Below, in pieces: positions 16,582 through 26,069 of a stretch of 50,455 nt of DNA (position 1 is the first letter of the stretch; each line of letters begins with the position of its first letter). The translations under genes were made by a program, and so were the position numbers. The stretch comes from a virus (lineage: Duplodnaviria > Caudoviricetes): positions 1 to 50,455 of IMG/VR virus record IMGVR_UViG_3300035183_001457; one strand, given 5' to 3'. The notes beneath the pieces are model-generated. The model made no database searches and was not told the DNA's origin. It saw only the letters and a program-made list of their open reading frames with translations.

Positions 16582-17037
16582 ATGCCGAGCAGCATCACGC
16601 TCAAGACCTCTGGGCACCTCGACGTCGACGTGGAGGCGATCACCAACGTCGTCTCCGCGGCCGCGGTCGGCCACGTGAAGAACCGGATGGAGGACGGCCT
16701 CGACAACCGCGACAAGCCCATGAAGGCCTACTCCGCCGGCTACCGACGCTGGCTGCAGAAGAAGGGCGAGGACCTGAAGGTCGACCACCGGGTGACCGGC
16801 AAGATGCTCGAGCAGCTGCGCGAGATGAAGCGCGAGCGGTCGAGCGACGGAAAGCTCGTCACCGTCACCGTCGGCGTCGCCCCCGGCGGCAACCGCAACC
16901 TGATCGCCGCCTACCTGCAGGAGATCCGCGCGTGGCTCGGCATCTCGCCGCGAGGGCAGAAGTCGATCGCGAAGCTCATTCAGGCGACCCGCAACGCCAT
17001 CAAGAACAGCGGCGGAACGACCACGAAGCGCCTGTGA
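16582..17037 (+). CDS. Virion morphogenesis / neck protein (151 aa)
   Basis: Basic protein with KAYS..Y...K, VTGKML and WLGIS pattern resembling Mu gpG-like proteins. Confidence 0.55.
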   Translation: MPSSITLKTSGHLDVDVEAITNVVSAAAVGHVKNRMEDGLDNRDKPMKAYSAGYRRWLQKKGEDLKVDHRVTGKMLEQLREMKRERSSDGKLVTVTVGVAPGGNRNLIAAYLQEIRAWLGISPRGQKSIAKLIQATRNAIKNSGGTTTKRL

Positions 17038-17118
17038 GGCCGCCACCGTAGGGCGGCGACGGCGCAGCACGCTTCATCCACACGGGGAAGGCAGGTGCCG
17101 ATCCCCAAGGAGTGAAGC

Positions 17119-17832
17119 ATGGCCGACACCACGCAGACCCAACCCACGGACGGCGCAGGAGCGCCCCCGCAGGGAACCGCGCCCACGACGCCGACGACCG
17201 ACGCCGCGGGCCTGCAGGCTGAACTCGAGAGCTTCCGTCGGAAGGCCGCGGAGCTTGAGGAGAAACTGCGCAAGACGAACGACGAGAACGCGAAGCGCCG
17301 CATCGCCGAGAAGGAAGCTCGCGACCGCGCCGAGGCGGAGGCTCGCCAGAAGGGCGAGCACGAGAAGGTAATCAAGTCCCTCGAGGAGCGCCTCGCTGAA
17401 GCCGAGAAGGAAATTCAGCGTCGTGCCTCGTGGGAGGACGGCCACAAGAACTGGTCGAAGTACCTCGAGAACGAGAGCACCGCCATCGAGGCGAAGCTCC
17501 CGTCCATGGAGCCGCACTGGCAGGCCGCCATCAAGGCTGCTCCGTCCCTCGAGGCCAAGAAGGCGATCCTCGCCGCCCGCGACGCCGAGGTCGCTGCGCG
17601 TGCCGCGCAGAAGCCTCCCGTCGAGGAGAAGAAGCCGGCCAACCCCGCTCCTGCCGGTGGCGCTCCCGCTGGAACGCCCCCGCCGCAGGTCCTCAACGCG
17701 GGCGCGGCCAGCCCCGAAGAGCTTCGTTCCCTGAAGGAATCCAACCCCGACGCCTACTACGCCGCGATCGGCGGTAAGCAGAGCGTCCAGCAGAAGAAGA
17801 CCGGCCTTTTCGGCCGCGTCTTCACCGGCTGA
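17119..17832 (+). CDS. Capsid scaffolding protein (237 aa)
   Basis: Disordered N-terminus, coiled coil with ENAKRRI, directly upstream of the capsid gene. Confidence 0.8.
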   Translation: MADTTQTQPTDGAGAPPQGTAPTTPTTDAAGLQAELESFRRKAAELEEKLRKTNDENAKRRIAEKEARDRAEAEARQKGEHEKVIKSLEERLAEAEKEIQRRASWEDGHKNWSKYLENESTAIEAKLPSMEPHWQAAIKAAPSLEAKKAILAARDAEVAARAAQKPPVEEKKPANPAPAGGAPAGTPPPQVLNAGAASPEELRSLKESNPDAYYAAIGGKQSVQQKKTGLFGRVFTG

Positions 17833-17880
17833 TTCACGTCGTCGCGACGGTAGTTCGACGACGACGCGGAGAAGAAGAAC

Positions 17881-18858
17881 ATGGCAAATGAAACCACGTC
17901 CTCCACGTACTCCACGCGCACGCTCAGCTACGTGCTCGCGGAGGAAGTGCTTCCCCCGAACCTCGCGGACATCGTCGCCGTCGCGCTCTGCAACGACCAC
18001 GACATCGACGGCATGCCGTCCAACGTCGTGCAGTTCGCCGTCGCCAACGACCTGAACGCCGCCTCGAGCGGAACGGAAGGCACGGCGATCTCGACGAACA
18101 CGGCGCTCTCGATGGCCTCGGCCATTCAGGCGACCGTGGTCGAAGGTGCTCTCGTGCGATCGACGGTTACCGACCGCGCGATGGCCGTGAAGTACCCCGG
18201 CTTCCCCGGCATCGAGGCGCTGATCGACTCGGGCGACCTCGCGTCGCAGCGCCGCGTGTTTCAGGAGGAGGTCAACCGCCTCGCGCAGATGTGCATCGAG
18301 AAGATGGAGAGCGACGTCGTCGCCCTCGTCACCGGCCTGTCGACCTCGGTCGGCACCTCCGGCGTCGACTTCTCGGTCGCGGACGCGTTCACGGCGATCT
18401 ACACGTACGACACGCTCGAGCCCGTGACGCGCGAAGCCGCTTGGCTCCTCGCGCCGAATCAGGTCGACGAGCTGCGTCGTGACATCGCGGTCGCCGGTGG
18501 CGGCCTCGGTGGCGCCGTGTGGTTCCAGCAGGCCGACGCGAGCTTCCTCGCGGCGCGCAACCTGCCGAAGAACGGCTTCATCGGCTCGTTCCTCGGGCGC
18601 CCGATCTACCAGTACGCGCACTCGCTGCGCGTGCTGTCGGACGCGAGCGCGAACGTGAACGGCGCGCTGATCGCCATCGGGCGCGGCTCGCCCGACGGTG
18701 GTCAGCTCGGCGCGTTCTGCGTGGCCCGTCGTGGCGGCCTCAAGGTGCGCATCGACAAGAGCGCGGCCGACCGTGGCGCGATCATCGTCGTGTCCATGGA
18801 GTACGTCGCGTTCGAGGTCCGCGACACCCACGGCGTCCGCATCCGCACGGACGCCTGA
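17881..18858 (+). CDS. Major capsid protein, HK97 fold (325 aa)
   Basis: Size and position; LLAPNQVDELRRD, GFIGSFLGRPIY, C-terminal YVAFEVRDTHGVRI. Confidence 0.88.
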   Translation: MANETTSSTYSTRTLSYVLAEEVLPPNLADIVAVALCNDHDIDGMPSNVVQFAVANDLNAASSGTEGTAISTNTALSMASAIQATVVEGALVRSTVTDRAMAVKYPGFPGIEALIDSGDLASQRRVFQEEVNRLAQMCIEKMESDVVALVTGLSTSVGTSGVDFSVADAFTAIYTYDTLEPVTREAAWLLAPNQVDELRRDIAVAGGGLGGAVWFQQADASFLAARNLPKNGFIGSFLGRPIYQYAHSLRVLSDASANVNGALIAIGRGSPDGGQLGAFCVARRGGLKVRIDKSAADRGAIIVVSMEYVAFEVRDTHGVRIRTDA

Positions 18859-18865
18859 TCGTGGC

Positions 18866-18895
18866 TCCCCGGCGGAGGTTCGTCTCCGTCGGGGA
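18866..18895 (+). terminator. Strong hairpin after the capsid gene (mRNA stabiliser or terminator without U tract)
   Basis: TCCCCGGCGGAGG-TTCG-TCTCCGTCGGGGA, 13-bp stem with UUCG loop. Confidence 0.55.
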
Positions 18896-18984
18896 CCCGG
18901 TTGATTCTCGCCGCGTGCTGCCGGGCCACGTGGACACCGCGAGAACGAACAGTCCGGCATCCTTCACCGACCACAGGAGAACCC

Positions 18985-19275
18985 ATGTGCCTCGTCAACA
19001 AGCTCGAGAAGCAGATCGCGGCCGGCGCGACCACGCTGATCATCACCGACGTCGATTCCGCCGAACTCGCACGCGAGGTCGCGAAGTTTCACATCGACAC
19101 CTTCGCCTTCGTCCCCGTGAGGCTCCCCGAGTCGCTGAACGTGCCGAAGGCCGCGCCCACGGCGGACACGCTCGCGTTCTACAAGGGGCTGCCCGTCGAA
19201 CTCGAGAAGCCGGCCGTCGCCGAGGCGCCCGCGGACGCGCCTGACGCGCCTGACGCGGGCGACGCCGCGACCTGA
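18985..19275 (+). CDS. Hypothetical protein (96 aa)
   Basis: MCLVNKLEK... after CAGGAG. Confidence 0.7.
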   Translation: MCLVNKLEKQIAAGATTLIITDVDSAELAREVAKFHIDTFAFVPVRLPESLNVPKAAPTADTLAFYKGLPVELEKPAVAEAPADAPDAPDAGDAAT

Positions 19276-19295
19276 TCGACGACCCGATCCGGCGT

Positions 19296-19337
19296 GACGC
19301 CCCCGGCGCCCACGAGGCTCCGGGGGCGTTTCGTTTT
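19296..19337 (+). terminator. Intrinsic terminator
   Basis: GACGCCCCCGG...CCGGGGGCGTT followed by TCGTTTT. Confidence 0.7.
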
Positions 19338-19390
19338 GCCGTAGAGCCGCTGCGTGGCCGCCATGATGGGACGAACAAGGGAGACGCCAC

Positions 19391-19984
19391 ATGGGAAAGA
19401 TGCCGCGCCACAAGCAGCTCGAGGACCTCGAGAAGAAGGGGCACGTCCGCTCCTACAAGCTCCGCTCGATCGTCGACGGGAGCGAGCAGACCTTCTGGGA
19501 CGAGGGTCCGTTCGAGACCAACCCGGACTTCACCAAGATCGATCCGAGCATCGGTCGCCAGACCCTCATCCGCACGCTGCGGAAGGTCGACGGCGAGACC
19601 GGGCTGCCGATCTGGTTCGCTGACTCGCCCGGCCAGAAGCCGGTCTTCGACAAGGGCAGCGGCCAATTCATCCAGATCCCGGTGCTCGATCAGGCGATCC
19701 TCGAGCGCCTCGCGCAGAACCTGAATGCGCGCGCGACTGCCGACGGCACCGGCCGCATGATCCTCGCGCAGACGAAGAAGGCGCTCGAGACGACCATGCA
19801 GGCGCAGGCGAACGCCATCGTCGGCAGCGTCGCGAAGGTGTCGACGCAGGCCGACATGCTCACGAAGCAGAACGCCGGCGCCGGTGCTGGCCCGATCGCG
19901 CCCGCGGGCGTGGGCGTGCCCGTCGAGCCCGGCGTCGTCGCGAACGTGATCGGCAAGGCCGCTGCCGCCGATGGAGGTGCGTGA
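19391..19984 (+). CDS. Hypothetical protein (197 aa)
   Basis: AAGGGAG RBS; natural composition. Confidence 0.75.
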   Translation: MGKMPRHKQLEDLEKKGHVRSYKLRSIVDGSEQTFWDEGPFETNPDFTKIDPSIGRQTLIRTLRKVDGETGLPIWFADSPGQKPVFDKGSGQFIQIPVLDQAILERLAQNLNARATADGTGRMILAQTKKALETTMQAQANAIVGSVAKVSTQADMLTKQNAGAGAGPIAPAGVGVPVEPGVVANVIGKAAAADGGA

Positions 19985-20154
19985 TGGGCGACCGCGAGAA
20001 GCAGTACGAGCGCGAGCGCGAAGCGAAGGAGAAGCTCGCGAACGACCTCGTGAAGTACGGGAACGGCAAGGTGAGCCGCGAGAATGCCGACCAGATCGCC
20101 GGCGACGTGGCGCGCAAGCAGGACCAGAAGAAGCGCAGCGGCCGCGAGGACTGA
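19984..20154 (+). CDS. Small charged protein (56 aa)
   Basis: MGDREKQYERERE...; GGAGG RBS; TGATG coupling; below the ORF-track cutoff. Confidence 0.65.
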   Translation: MGDREKQYEREREAKEKLANDLVKYGNGKVSRENADQIAGDVARKQDQKKRSGRED

Positions 20155-20236
20155 CGCGTCGGTCTGCGGCTGAAGCCACATCCCGCGGCGCGACGATGGC
20201 TGCACACGGGCGGCCACGCGCCGCGGGAGGCTTCTC

Positions 20237-20722
20237 ATGGCAGGTCGTCAGTATGGTTTCCTCGGCAACAAGAGCGGCTTCATGGGCGGCGCGTTCCTCT
20301 TCTGCGCGCCCGTCGACGTCCTCAGCGTCGGCGAAAAGACGCCGTTCCCGGCGCTGTTCGATCCCGGCCTCGTGATCACCGAGTGCTACCTCCACGTGCT
20401 CACGGCGGAGGCGACGGCGGTCACGAAGAAGATCGACATCGGCCTCCTCTCGTCGGCGACGGCGCCCGACGCTGACGCCGACGGCTTCGCGGTGCAGCTC
20501 GACACCAACACCGCGGGGGTGATCCGCCCGACGCTCGTGCCCACGGCGACGCTCGGTGCGCTCCTCAAGGAGCTGTCGACGGGCGGCACGGTCCACGTCC
20601 CGAGGTCGTGGGTCATCAGCAAGACCAACACGACGCTGTCGTACACGCTGGCCTCCGCGCACACGGAGCTGGTCGCCGACATCTACCTGCGCGGCTTCAA
20701 GATCCCGGTGCCCAACACCTGA
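20237..20722 (+). CDS. Putative capsid decoration/cement protein (161 aa)
   Basis: Beta-rich, Thr/Ala-rich, located in the head module; inference. Confidence 0.5.
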   Translation: MAGRQYGFLGNKSGFMGGAFLFCAPVDVLSVGEKTPFPALFDPGLVITECYLHVLTAEATAVTKKIDIGLLSSATAPDADADGFAVQLDTNTAGVIRPTLVPTATLGALLKELSTGGTVHVPRSWVISKTNTTLSYTLASAHTELVADIYLRGFKIPVPNT

Positions 20723-20762
20723 TCCCGGCGCGAACGAACCAGCCTGACGAGGAGGACAGAAG

Positions 20763-21212
20763 ATGGAGCCGAAGTTCAAGAGCCAGACGAAGAAGGCCGC
20801 ACGGATCGCCGCGTGGATCCTCGGCATCTTCGCCGCCGTCCTCCTCGTCGCGCAGCCTGCGGCGCGCGCATTCCCTCCGCTGCAGCCGCTCGTCGACGCC
20901 ATGCCCGGCCTCACCTCCGGGCCTGTCTCGACGATGATCTCGTTCACCGTCACCTGCGACACGACCGTCGGTGGCGTCACCGTGCAGGACAACGCGGAAG
21001 GGCCGAACTGGTCGACGCTCTACTGCGAGAACAACTCGACGACGACGGTCTACTGGGGAGGCGCCGACGTCGCGGCGGCCGACTCTCCGTGCATCTCGAC
21101 GACATCGGCGAACTGCCTGAAAAGCTCGTTCTCCGTCGACGCGAGGCGCGGATCGATCAAGTGCCTGACCGCGGCATCGTCCGCGACGCTGAAGTGCAAC
21201 GCCGGCCAGTGA
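20763..21212 (+). CDS. Signal-peptide-bearing small beta protein, putative head-spike base (149 aa)
   Basis: Basic n-region, hydrophobic h-region, QPAARA cleavage-like site; 6 Cys in the mature part; NNSTTTVYWG jelly-roll-like motif. Confidence 0.6.
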   Translation: MEPKFKSQTKKAARIAAWILGIFAAVLLVAQPAARAFPPLQPLVDAMPGLTSGPVSTMISFTVTCDTTVGGVTVQDNAEGPNWSTLYCENNSTTTVYWGGADVAAADSPCISTTSANCLKSSFSVDARRGSIKCLTAASSATLKCNAGQ

Positions 21213-21219
21213 GGTCAAC

Positions 21220-24200
21220 GTGAAGTCGACGCGCATCGCTCTCGCCGCCCTCGTGGCGGCGTTCTTCTTCCCGCTCCACGACGCCGCTGCGTCGATCGTC
21301 GGGTCCATCAACGGCCGAGGCACGATCGGCGCGGCCACGATCGGCGGAGGCACGATCAACGGCGGCGCCGACCTCGACGGGCTCGCGCCGACGTTCGACG
21401 TCACGTTCGGCGCAACGAGCGGCCCGAGCGCGCTCAGCGACTCGCTCACGATGAACGGGCAGAACCTCGAGCTGCTCGCCTCGTACGACGCCAAGGACAT
21501 CAGTGGAACGAACTGGCCGGGCGCCACGGGCGGCACGCTCGCCGAGACAGGCACCACCGGCACCGTCACGTCCGGCCTCGCCGCGCCGTTCACGAGCAGC
21601 ACGGCGCGCGCCGTCAGCTACACGGCCACCGGAAACAAGACCCACCAGAGCGCGTCGAGCACGCTCGCCGACATCGGGACCGAGGACTTCGTCGTCGAAG
21701 CCGTGCTGCAGACGAGCACGGGCGCGAGCGGTCAATACATCACGGGCACCTACAACGGCACGCGCGGATGGGTCCTCTACTACGTCAACGGCACCGGCGA
21801 TCTGTCCTTCGGCGTCCACGACGGAACGTTCGGGTCCTGCTCGGTGAGCGTCGGACAGCGCGTGTGGCTCCACGTCGTCGTCGTCGTCGATCGCAACTCG
21901 GCCAACTCGCGCATGATCGTCAACGGCACGGCGACGGTGTGCAACCTCTCCGCGCGCACCGCGGCGCTCACGTCGACGGAGAACTTCTACATCGGTGGGC
22001 AGCCGAACGCGGGCGTCGGCTTCGGCGGTCGCGTGGCCTCGGTGAAGGTCTGGCGCTGCAGCGGCGGAACAAACTGCTTCACGGGCGACGCGAGCTTCAC
22101 GGCGTCGGCGGACTCCGTGGCGAAGGCGCGCCTGTACGCACTCACGGGCATCACGCCGCAGATCGCCGGCGACCCGATCCCGCGCGCGTGGTCTCGCGCC
22201 TCCGTGGCGTCGATGAGCGTCGACAACGGAAGCGGCCGCCGCGTGTTCTTCGTCGGCAACAACTGGCCGCGCGTCACCGACGAGGGCTACATCCACGAGA
22301 GCGCTCACACCAACATGATCTTGCAGAGTAGTGACCTTGCCGTGACGTGGGCTTGTGCCAACTGCGCGGCCACCGGAAATGCCGTGGTCGGCCCGAACGA
22401 CGGCCTCACGTTCGACGCCGAGACCCTCGAGTCGTACGATGCTTCCGGCAACGTCGAGCACCGCCTCACGCAGGCGGCGACCGTCACGGCGGGAACGTGG
22501 GAGTTCTCGGTGTGGGGGAAGGCGGGCTCGCAGTCGTGGATGTTCCTCAAGGACGCCACGATCGCGAACGGTGCGGCGTGGTTCAACGTGTCGACGTGCG
22601 CGCGCGGGACGGCTCAAACGGGCATCATCGTCTCTCACGTGAAGCAGTACGCGAACGGATGGTGCCGCATGAGCATCCGCTTCACGGGCACGGCGGCGGC
22701 GCACAGCTTCCACATCGGCTTCACCAACGCGGACAACGCTCTCACCTACGACGACGGCACAAACGCCAGCGTCGACGTCTCGGTGTGGGGCGCGCAACTC
22801 GTGAACCTCTCATTCGAGAACACGGGTAGCGAGGCCCTCGAGCTTATCGAGACGACCGTCGGAACGGTGACGTCGGCGCAGGACAACCTCATCTATCAGA
22901 CGGAGGGGAACCTCGTTGCCACGAACGGGTTCGCTCTCGAGGTGACGGCGAAGTCCCCGGCGCTCACGTCGGCGAGCACGCTCTCTGGCGGTGTGCTCGC
23001 GGAGATCACGAACGACCCCGGCGATTGCTCCGGTGATTGTTGCGCGTCCCTCGTGACGCCATCGGCGACGAGTTCGCGCGGATTCAGCATGACGGGATGG
23101 GTCAACTCGGCCAACCAGTTCTCGTTCTACACGATGAACGAAACGCCGACGAAGGACGGCGCCACCCACGTTGTCACGTCGGTGTGCGCCGACGATGACT
23201 TCCGCCTCTACGTCGACGGCACGAAGATCGGAACCGACGGGTACGGCACGGCGCCCGCGTCGGCGCTCGATTCGATCTACGTCGGCAACGGGCAGAACGG
23301 CCTGTTCTACGGCGGCCGGCTCCCAATCAAGCGCATCCGCATCTTCTCGGAGGTCTTGCCCGCCGCGCCCGCGCCGATCGCCTTCGACTTCAACCCCGCA
23401 CGCGACGGCTCGGGACCTTCGCGACTCTCGTCGTCGCTCGTCGTGAACGGCGCAACGATGACCACGGTCGGGTACTACGTCGGCAAGGATGCGACGGAGA
23501 CGACGCTGACTGGATCGGGGCTCGCGTCGTCATTGTCGATCAACGGAGCCAATGCGGTGACCGGAATCGCCGCGCCGTTCACCGAGACTGCTGCGCGAGG
23601 TTTTAAGACGGACGGCGACATCACGAGCCGGTTTGTCAATGGAGACACGACCACGGGCAACCTTGGTGCGACGACGGATGCGATCTTCGAGTTCGCCGCA
23701 TGCGCAGCCCCGAGTGTTGCGGCCGGGCTCATGGGGAAGTCGAACACGATCGGAGCGGGTTACTATTTCGGGTTTGACTCGTCCCCGAGCATCCAGTTTG
23801 GCCTGAGTGACGGCGTCAACGCTTCTACGTACACGGGCGGCGTGCTCGGCGGACAGAGCGCGTGCGGCCACGCCCTCATCTACTTCGATCACAGCGAGAC
23901 GGCGGCGAACGGATGTCGCGTGTATCTCAACGGCTCGCTCGCCGGTACCTGCACAGGCAACCCGAGCGCGGTCGGCGCTGTTTCAAATGCGAGCCCAATC
24001 ACTATCGGTGGCTTGAACACGAACAACTACAATGCTTTTTCGCAGATCGACGAGGTCGGGATCTTCACCTGCACCGCGTGCTTCGCGGGTGGTGCAACGG
24101 GAACCGCGCAAGCAGATGCAATCGCCGCCGAGCGGTTCGCCCGCTTGTCTGGGACATACGCATCGACCGCCACGGCTCCGGTGCCGACGACATTCGCTCG

Positions 24201-25359
24201 CAACGGACCCGCCTACGTCGACATCGATCGCGACGGTGATGGCACGCGGCGGCTTTTCAAGGTTGGGCCGAAGTGGATGCGCGTTGCTCGTCGCAAGGAA
24301 ACGACGGGCGGTGAGTACCTCACGGGCTACCTATCGGAGCCGCAGAGCACGAACCTCATGTTGCAGTCGCAGACATTGCAGACGACGTGGACGGCGGCGG
24401 GCGTGGCGGTCGGCACCGATGCGGCCGTTGCCCCCGACGGGACGACGACGGCGGACGCACTCATCGGTGACAACGGCTCCGACCACTATATCCGACAGAC
24501 CGTCACGACGACCGCCGCTTCTCACACGCTCAGCTTCTTCGCGAAGGCCGCGACCGGCGTCGGCAACAAAGCGGTCGCCGTTTACGACGAGATCGGCACC
24601 TACGGCGCGTGTTGGAACCTCTCGACGGGGGCGCAGATCGGCACGAGCTTCCAAGCGGGTCCGGTACCTGTCGCTAGGTCGGAGAGCTACGGCAACGGGT
24701 GGTATCGCTTCTCGATGACATGGACGGCGACGGCGGTTGGCACGCCGTTCCGCATCTACTCTGGCGACGACACGACGACGTGTACGGCGTCGGCGCAGCA
24801 GTACGTCGGCGACAACGTCACGGCGGACGTCTACGTTTGGGGTGTGCAACTCGAGGCTCAGAACTACGCCATGAGCTACATCCCAACGACGACGACGAGC
24901 GTGCTTCGTCCCGGTGACGACCTGCAATACCACGCGTCGAACGTGCCTTCGGCTCCTCGCACGATGGATTCGGTCTTCATGTCGCCCGACCACGACACGC
25001 TCAGCGGCGAGATCATGTGTGCGGTCGGTTCCGGCGGCACGAACTACGAGGCGGTTCAGATCGCCTCGACGGACATCATCGAGACGACGGCAGTCAACAC
25101 GGGTGTCCAGTGGGACGTCTTCGATCCCAACTCGACGGACTACTCGGTAGGCGTCGTCGGGAGCGCGCGTGTCGGCATCTCGACGAACAACATCCGCTCG
25201 TCGTTCTATGGCTACCCCGGCACCGTCGACGCCTCCGCTGCTCCTATGACGCCGGCCGGCGCCGTCTACATCGGGCAACGCGTCGCGGGCGGCGGCAGCA
25301 ACCAACCCGGTGGTCTCATCGGTCGGTGTCGGTGGTACGGTGCGGACGTTGGTCCCTGA
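21220..25359 (+). CDS. Large LamG/concanavalin-like adhesin, putative head-spike fibre, with signal peptide and two tandem ~660-aa modules (1379 aa)
   Basis: MKSTRIALAALVAAFFFPLHDAAA signal-like start; LamG motifs (WLHVVVVVDR, RLYVDG); GYLSEPQSTNL, NGWYRFS and WGVQLE motifs, each present twice. Confidence 0.8.
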   Translation: MKSTRIALAALVAAFFFPLHDAAASIVGSINGRGTIGAATIGGGTINGGADLDGLAPTFDVTFGATSGPSALSDSLTMNGQNLELLASYDAKDISGTNWPGATGGTLAETGTTGTVTSGLAAPFTSSTARAVSYTATGNKTHQSASSTLADIGTEDFVVEAVLQTSTGASGQYITGTYNGTRGWVLYYVNGTGDLSFGVHDGTFGSCSVSVGQRVWLHVVVVVDRNSANSRMIVNGTATVCNLSARTAALTSTENFYIGGQPNAGVGFGGRVASVKVWRCSGGTNCFTGDASFTASADSVAKARLYALTGITPQIAGDPIPRAWSRASVASMSVDNGSGRRVFFVGNNWPRVTDEGYIHESAHTNMILQSSDLAVTWACANCAATGNAVVGPNDGLTFDAETLESYDASGNVEHRLTQAATVTAGTWEFSVWGKAGSQSWMFLKDATIANGAAWFNVSTCARGTAQTGIIVSHVKQYANGWCRMSIRFTGTAAAHSFHIGFTNADNALTYDDGTNASVDVSVWGAQLVNLSFENTGSEALELIETTVGTVTSAQDNLIYQTEGNLVATNGFALEVTAKSPALTSASTLSGGVLAEITNDPGDCSGDCCASLVTPSATSSRGFSMTGWVNSANQFSFYTMNETPTKDGATHVVTSVCADDDFRLYVDGTKIGTDGYGTAPASALDSIYVGNGQNGLFYGGRLPIKRIRIFSEVLPAAPAPIAFDFNPARDGSGPSRLSSSLVVNGATMTTVGYYVGKDATETTLTGSGLASSLSINGANAVTGIAAPFTETAARGFKTDGDITSRFVNGDTTTGNLGATTDAIFEFAACAAPSVAAGLMGKSNTIGAGYYFGFDSSPSIQFGLSDGVNASTYTGGVLGGQSACGHALIYFDHSETAANGCRVYLNGSLAGTCTGNPSAVGAVSNASPITIGGLNTNNYNAFSQIDEVGIFTCTACFAGGATGTAQADAIAAERFARLSGTYASTATAPVPTTFARNGPAYVDIDRDGDGTRRLFKVGPKWMRVARRKETTGGEYLTGYLSEPQSTNLMLQSQTLQTTWTAAGVAVGTDAAVAPDGTTTADALIGDNGSDHYIRQTVTTTAASHTLSFFAKAATGVGNKAVAVYDEIGTYGACWNLSTGAQIGTSFQAGPVPVARSESYGNGWYRFSMTWTATAVGTPFRIYSGDDTTTCTASAQQYVGDNVTADVYVWGVQLEAQNYAMSYIPTTTTSVLRPGDDLQYHASNVPSAPRTMDSVFMSPDHDTLSGEIMCAVGSGGTNYEAVQIASTDIIETTAVNTGVQWDVFDPNSTDYSVGVVGSARVGISTNNIRSSFYGYPGTVDASAAPMTPAGAVYIGQRVAGGGSNQPGGLIGRCRWYGADVGP

Positions 25360-25373
25360 TCAAGGAGAACATC

Positions 25374-26069
25374 ATGAGCGAAGCAGAGTCCGGTCCTCGT
25401 CGTCGTCGCATCGCCCGCATTCTCATCGCGCTCTTCGGCACCGGCGCCACGTTCGCCGGTGTTGGCGTGGCGATCTTCAACTCGACGCCCTCGAGCAACC
25501 CCAACTTGCAGGTCCCGTGCGTCGGTGAGGTCTGCATCGCGTGTGCGGCTCCGTCGAGGAACGAGTGCGAGAAGCTCACGCTCTGCGGTGGCGAGCCGTG
25601 CCCCGATATCAGCGGGCAGGTCATCGCCACCGGGTGCCCCGCCATGCCGTGCCCCATGTTCTCGACGTGCGACGCGGCCGACGGAGACAGCGGATCGTGC
25701 ATCGGCGTCGACCCCTACGCGGGCGCGGCCGGGCGTTTCGGGCGCGGGCTCCGGCGCGCGATGGAGCGTGGCGCGCTCACGACCTACCACACGGACGTCG
25801 TGAGCGTGGCCGACGGTGGCGTCACCGACTGCGCGACGACCATCTACCTCGACCGCGACCAGCGCGCGGCGTGGCGGCGCACCGTCGACGCCGTGGGCGT
25901 GGCCTCGGACATGATCGACTGCCGCGAGAGCGCGCTGCCGGCGAAGTTCAAGCGCAACGGGTTCAGGCGGTCGAAAATGGCCGGCATGCCCGACACCACG
26001 ATCGTCGACGGTGGCACTCTCGAATCGTTCCCTGACGATACGGTGGTCGACATCGATGGCGGCACGTGA
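25374..26069 (+). CDS. Cys-rich exported or membrane-anchored protein (231 aa)
   Basis: RRRR then a hydrophobic segment; 12 Cys; three DGG motifs; AAGGAG RBS. Confidence 0.7.
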   Translation: MSEAESGPRRRRIARILIALFGTGATFAGVGVAIFNSTPSSNPNLQVPCVGEVCIACAAPSRNECEKLTLCGGEPCPDISGQVIATGCPAMPCPMFSTCDAADGDSGSCIGVDPYAGAAGRFGRGLRRAMERGALTTYHTDVVSVADGGVTDCATTIYLDRDQRAAWRRTVDAVGVASDMIDCRESALPAKFKRNGFRRSKMAGMPDTTIVDGGTLESFPDDTVVDIDGGT

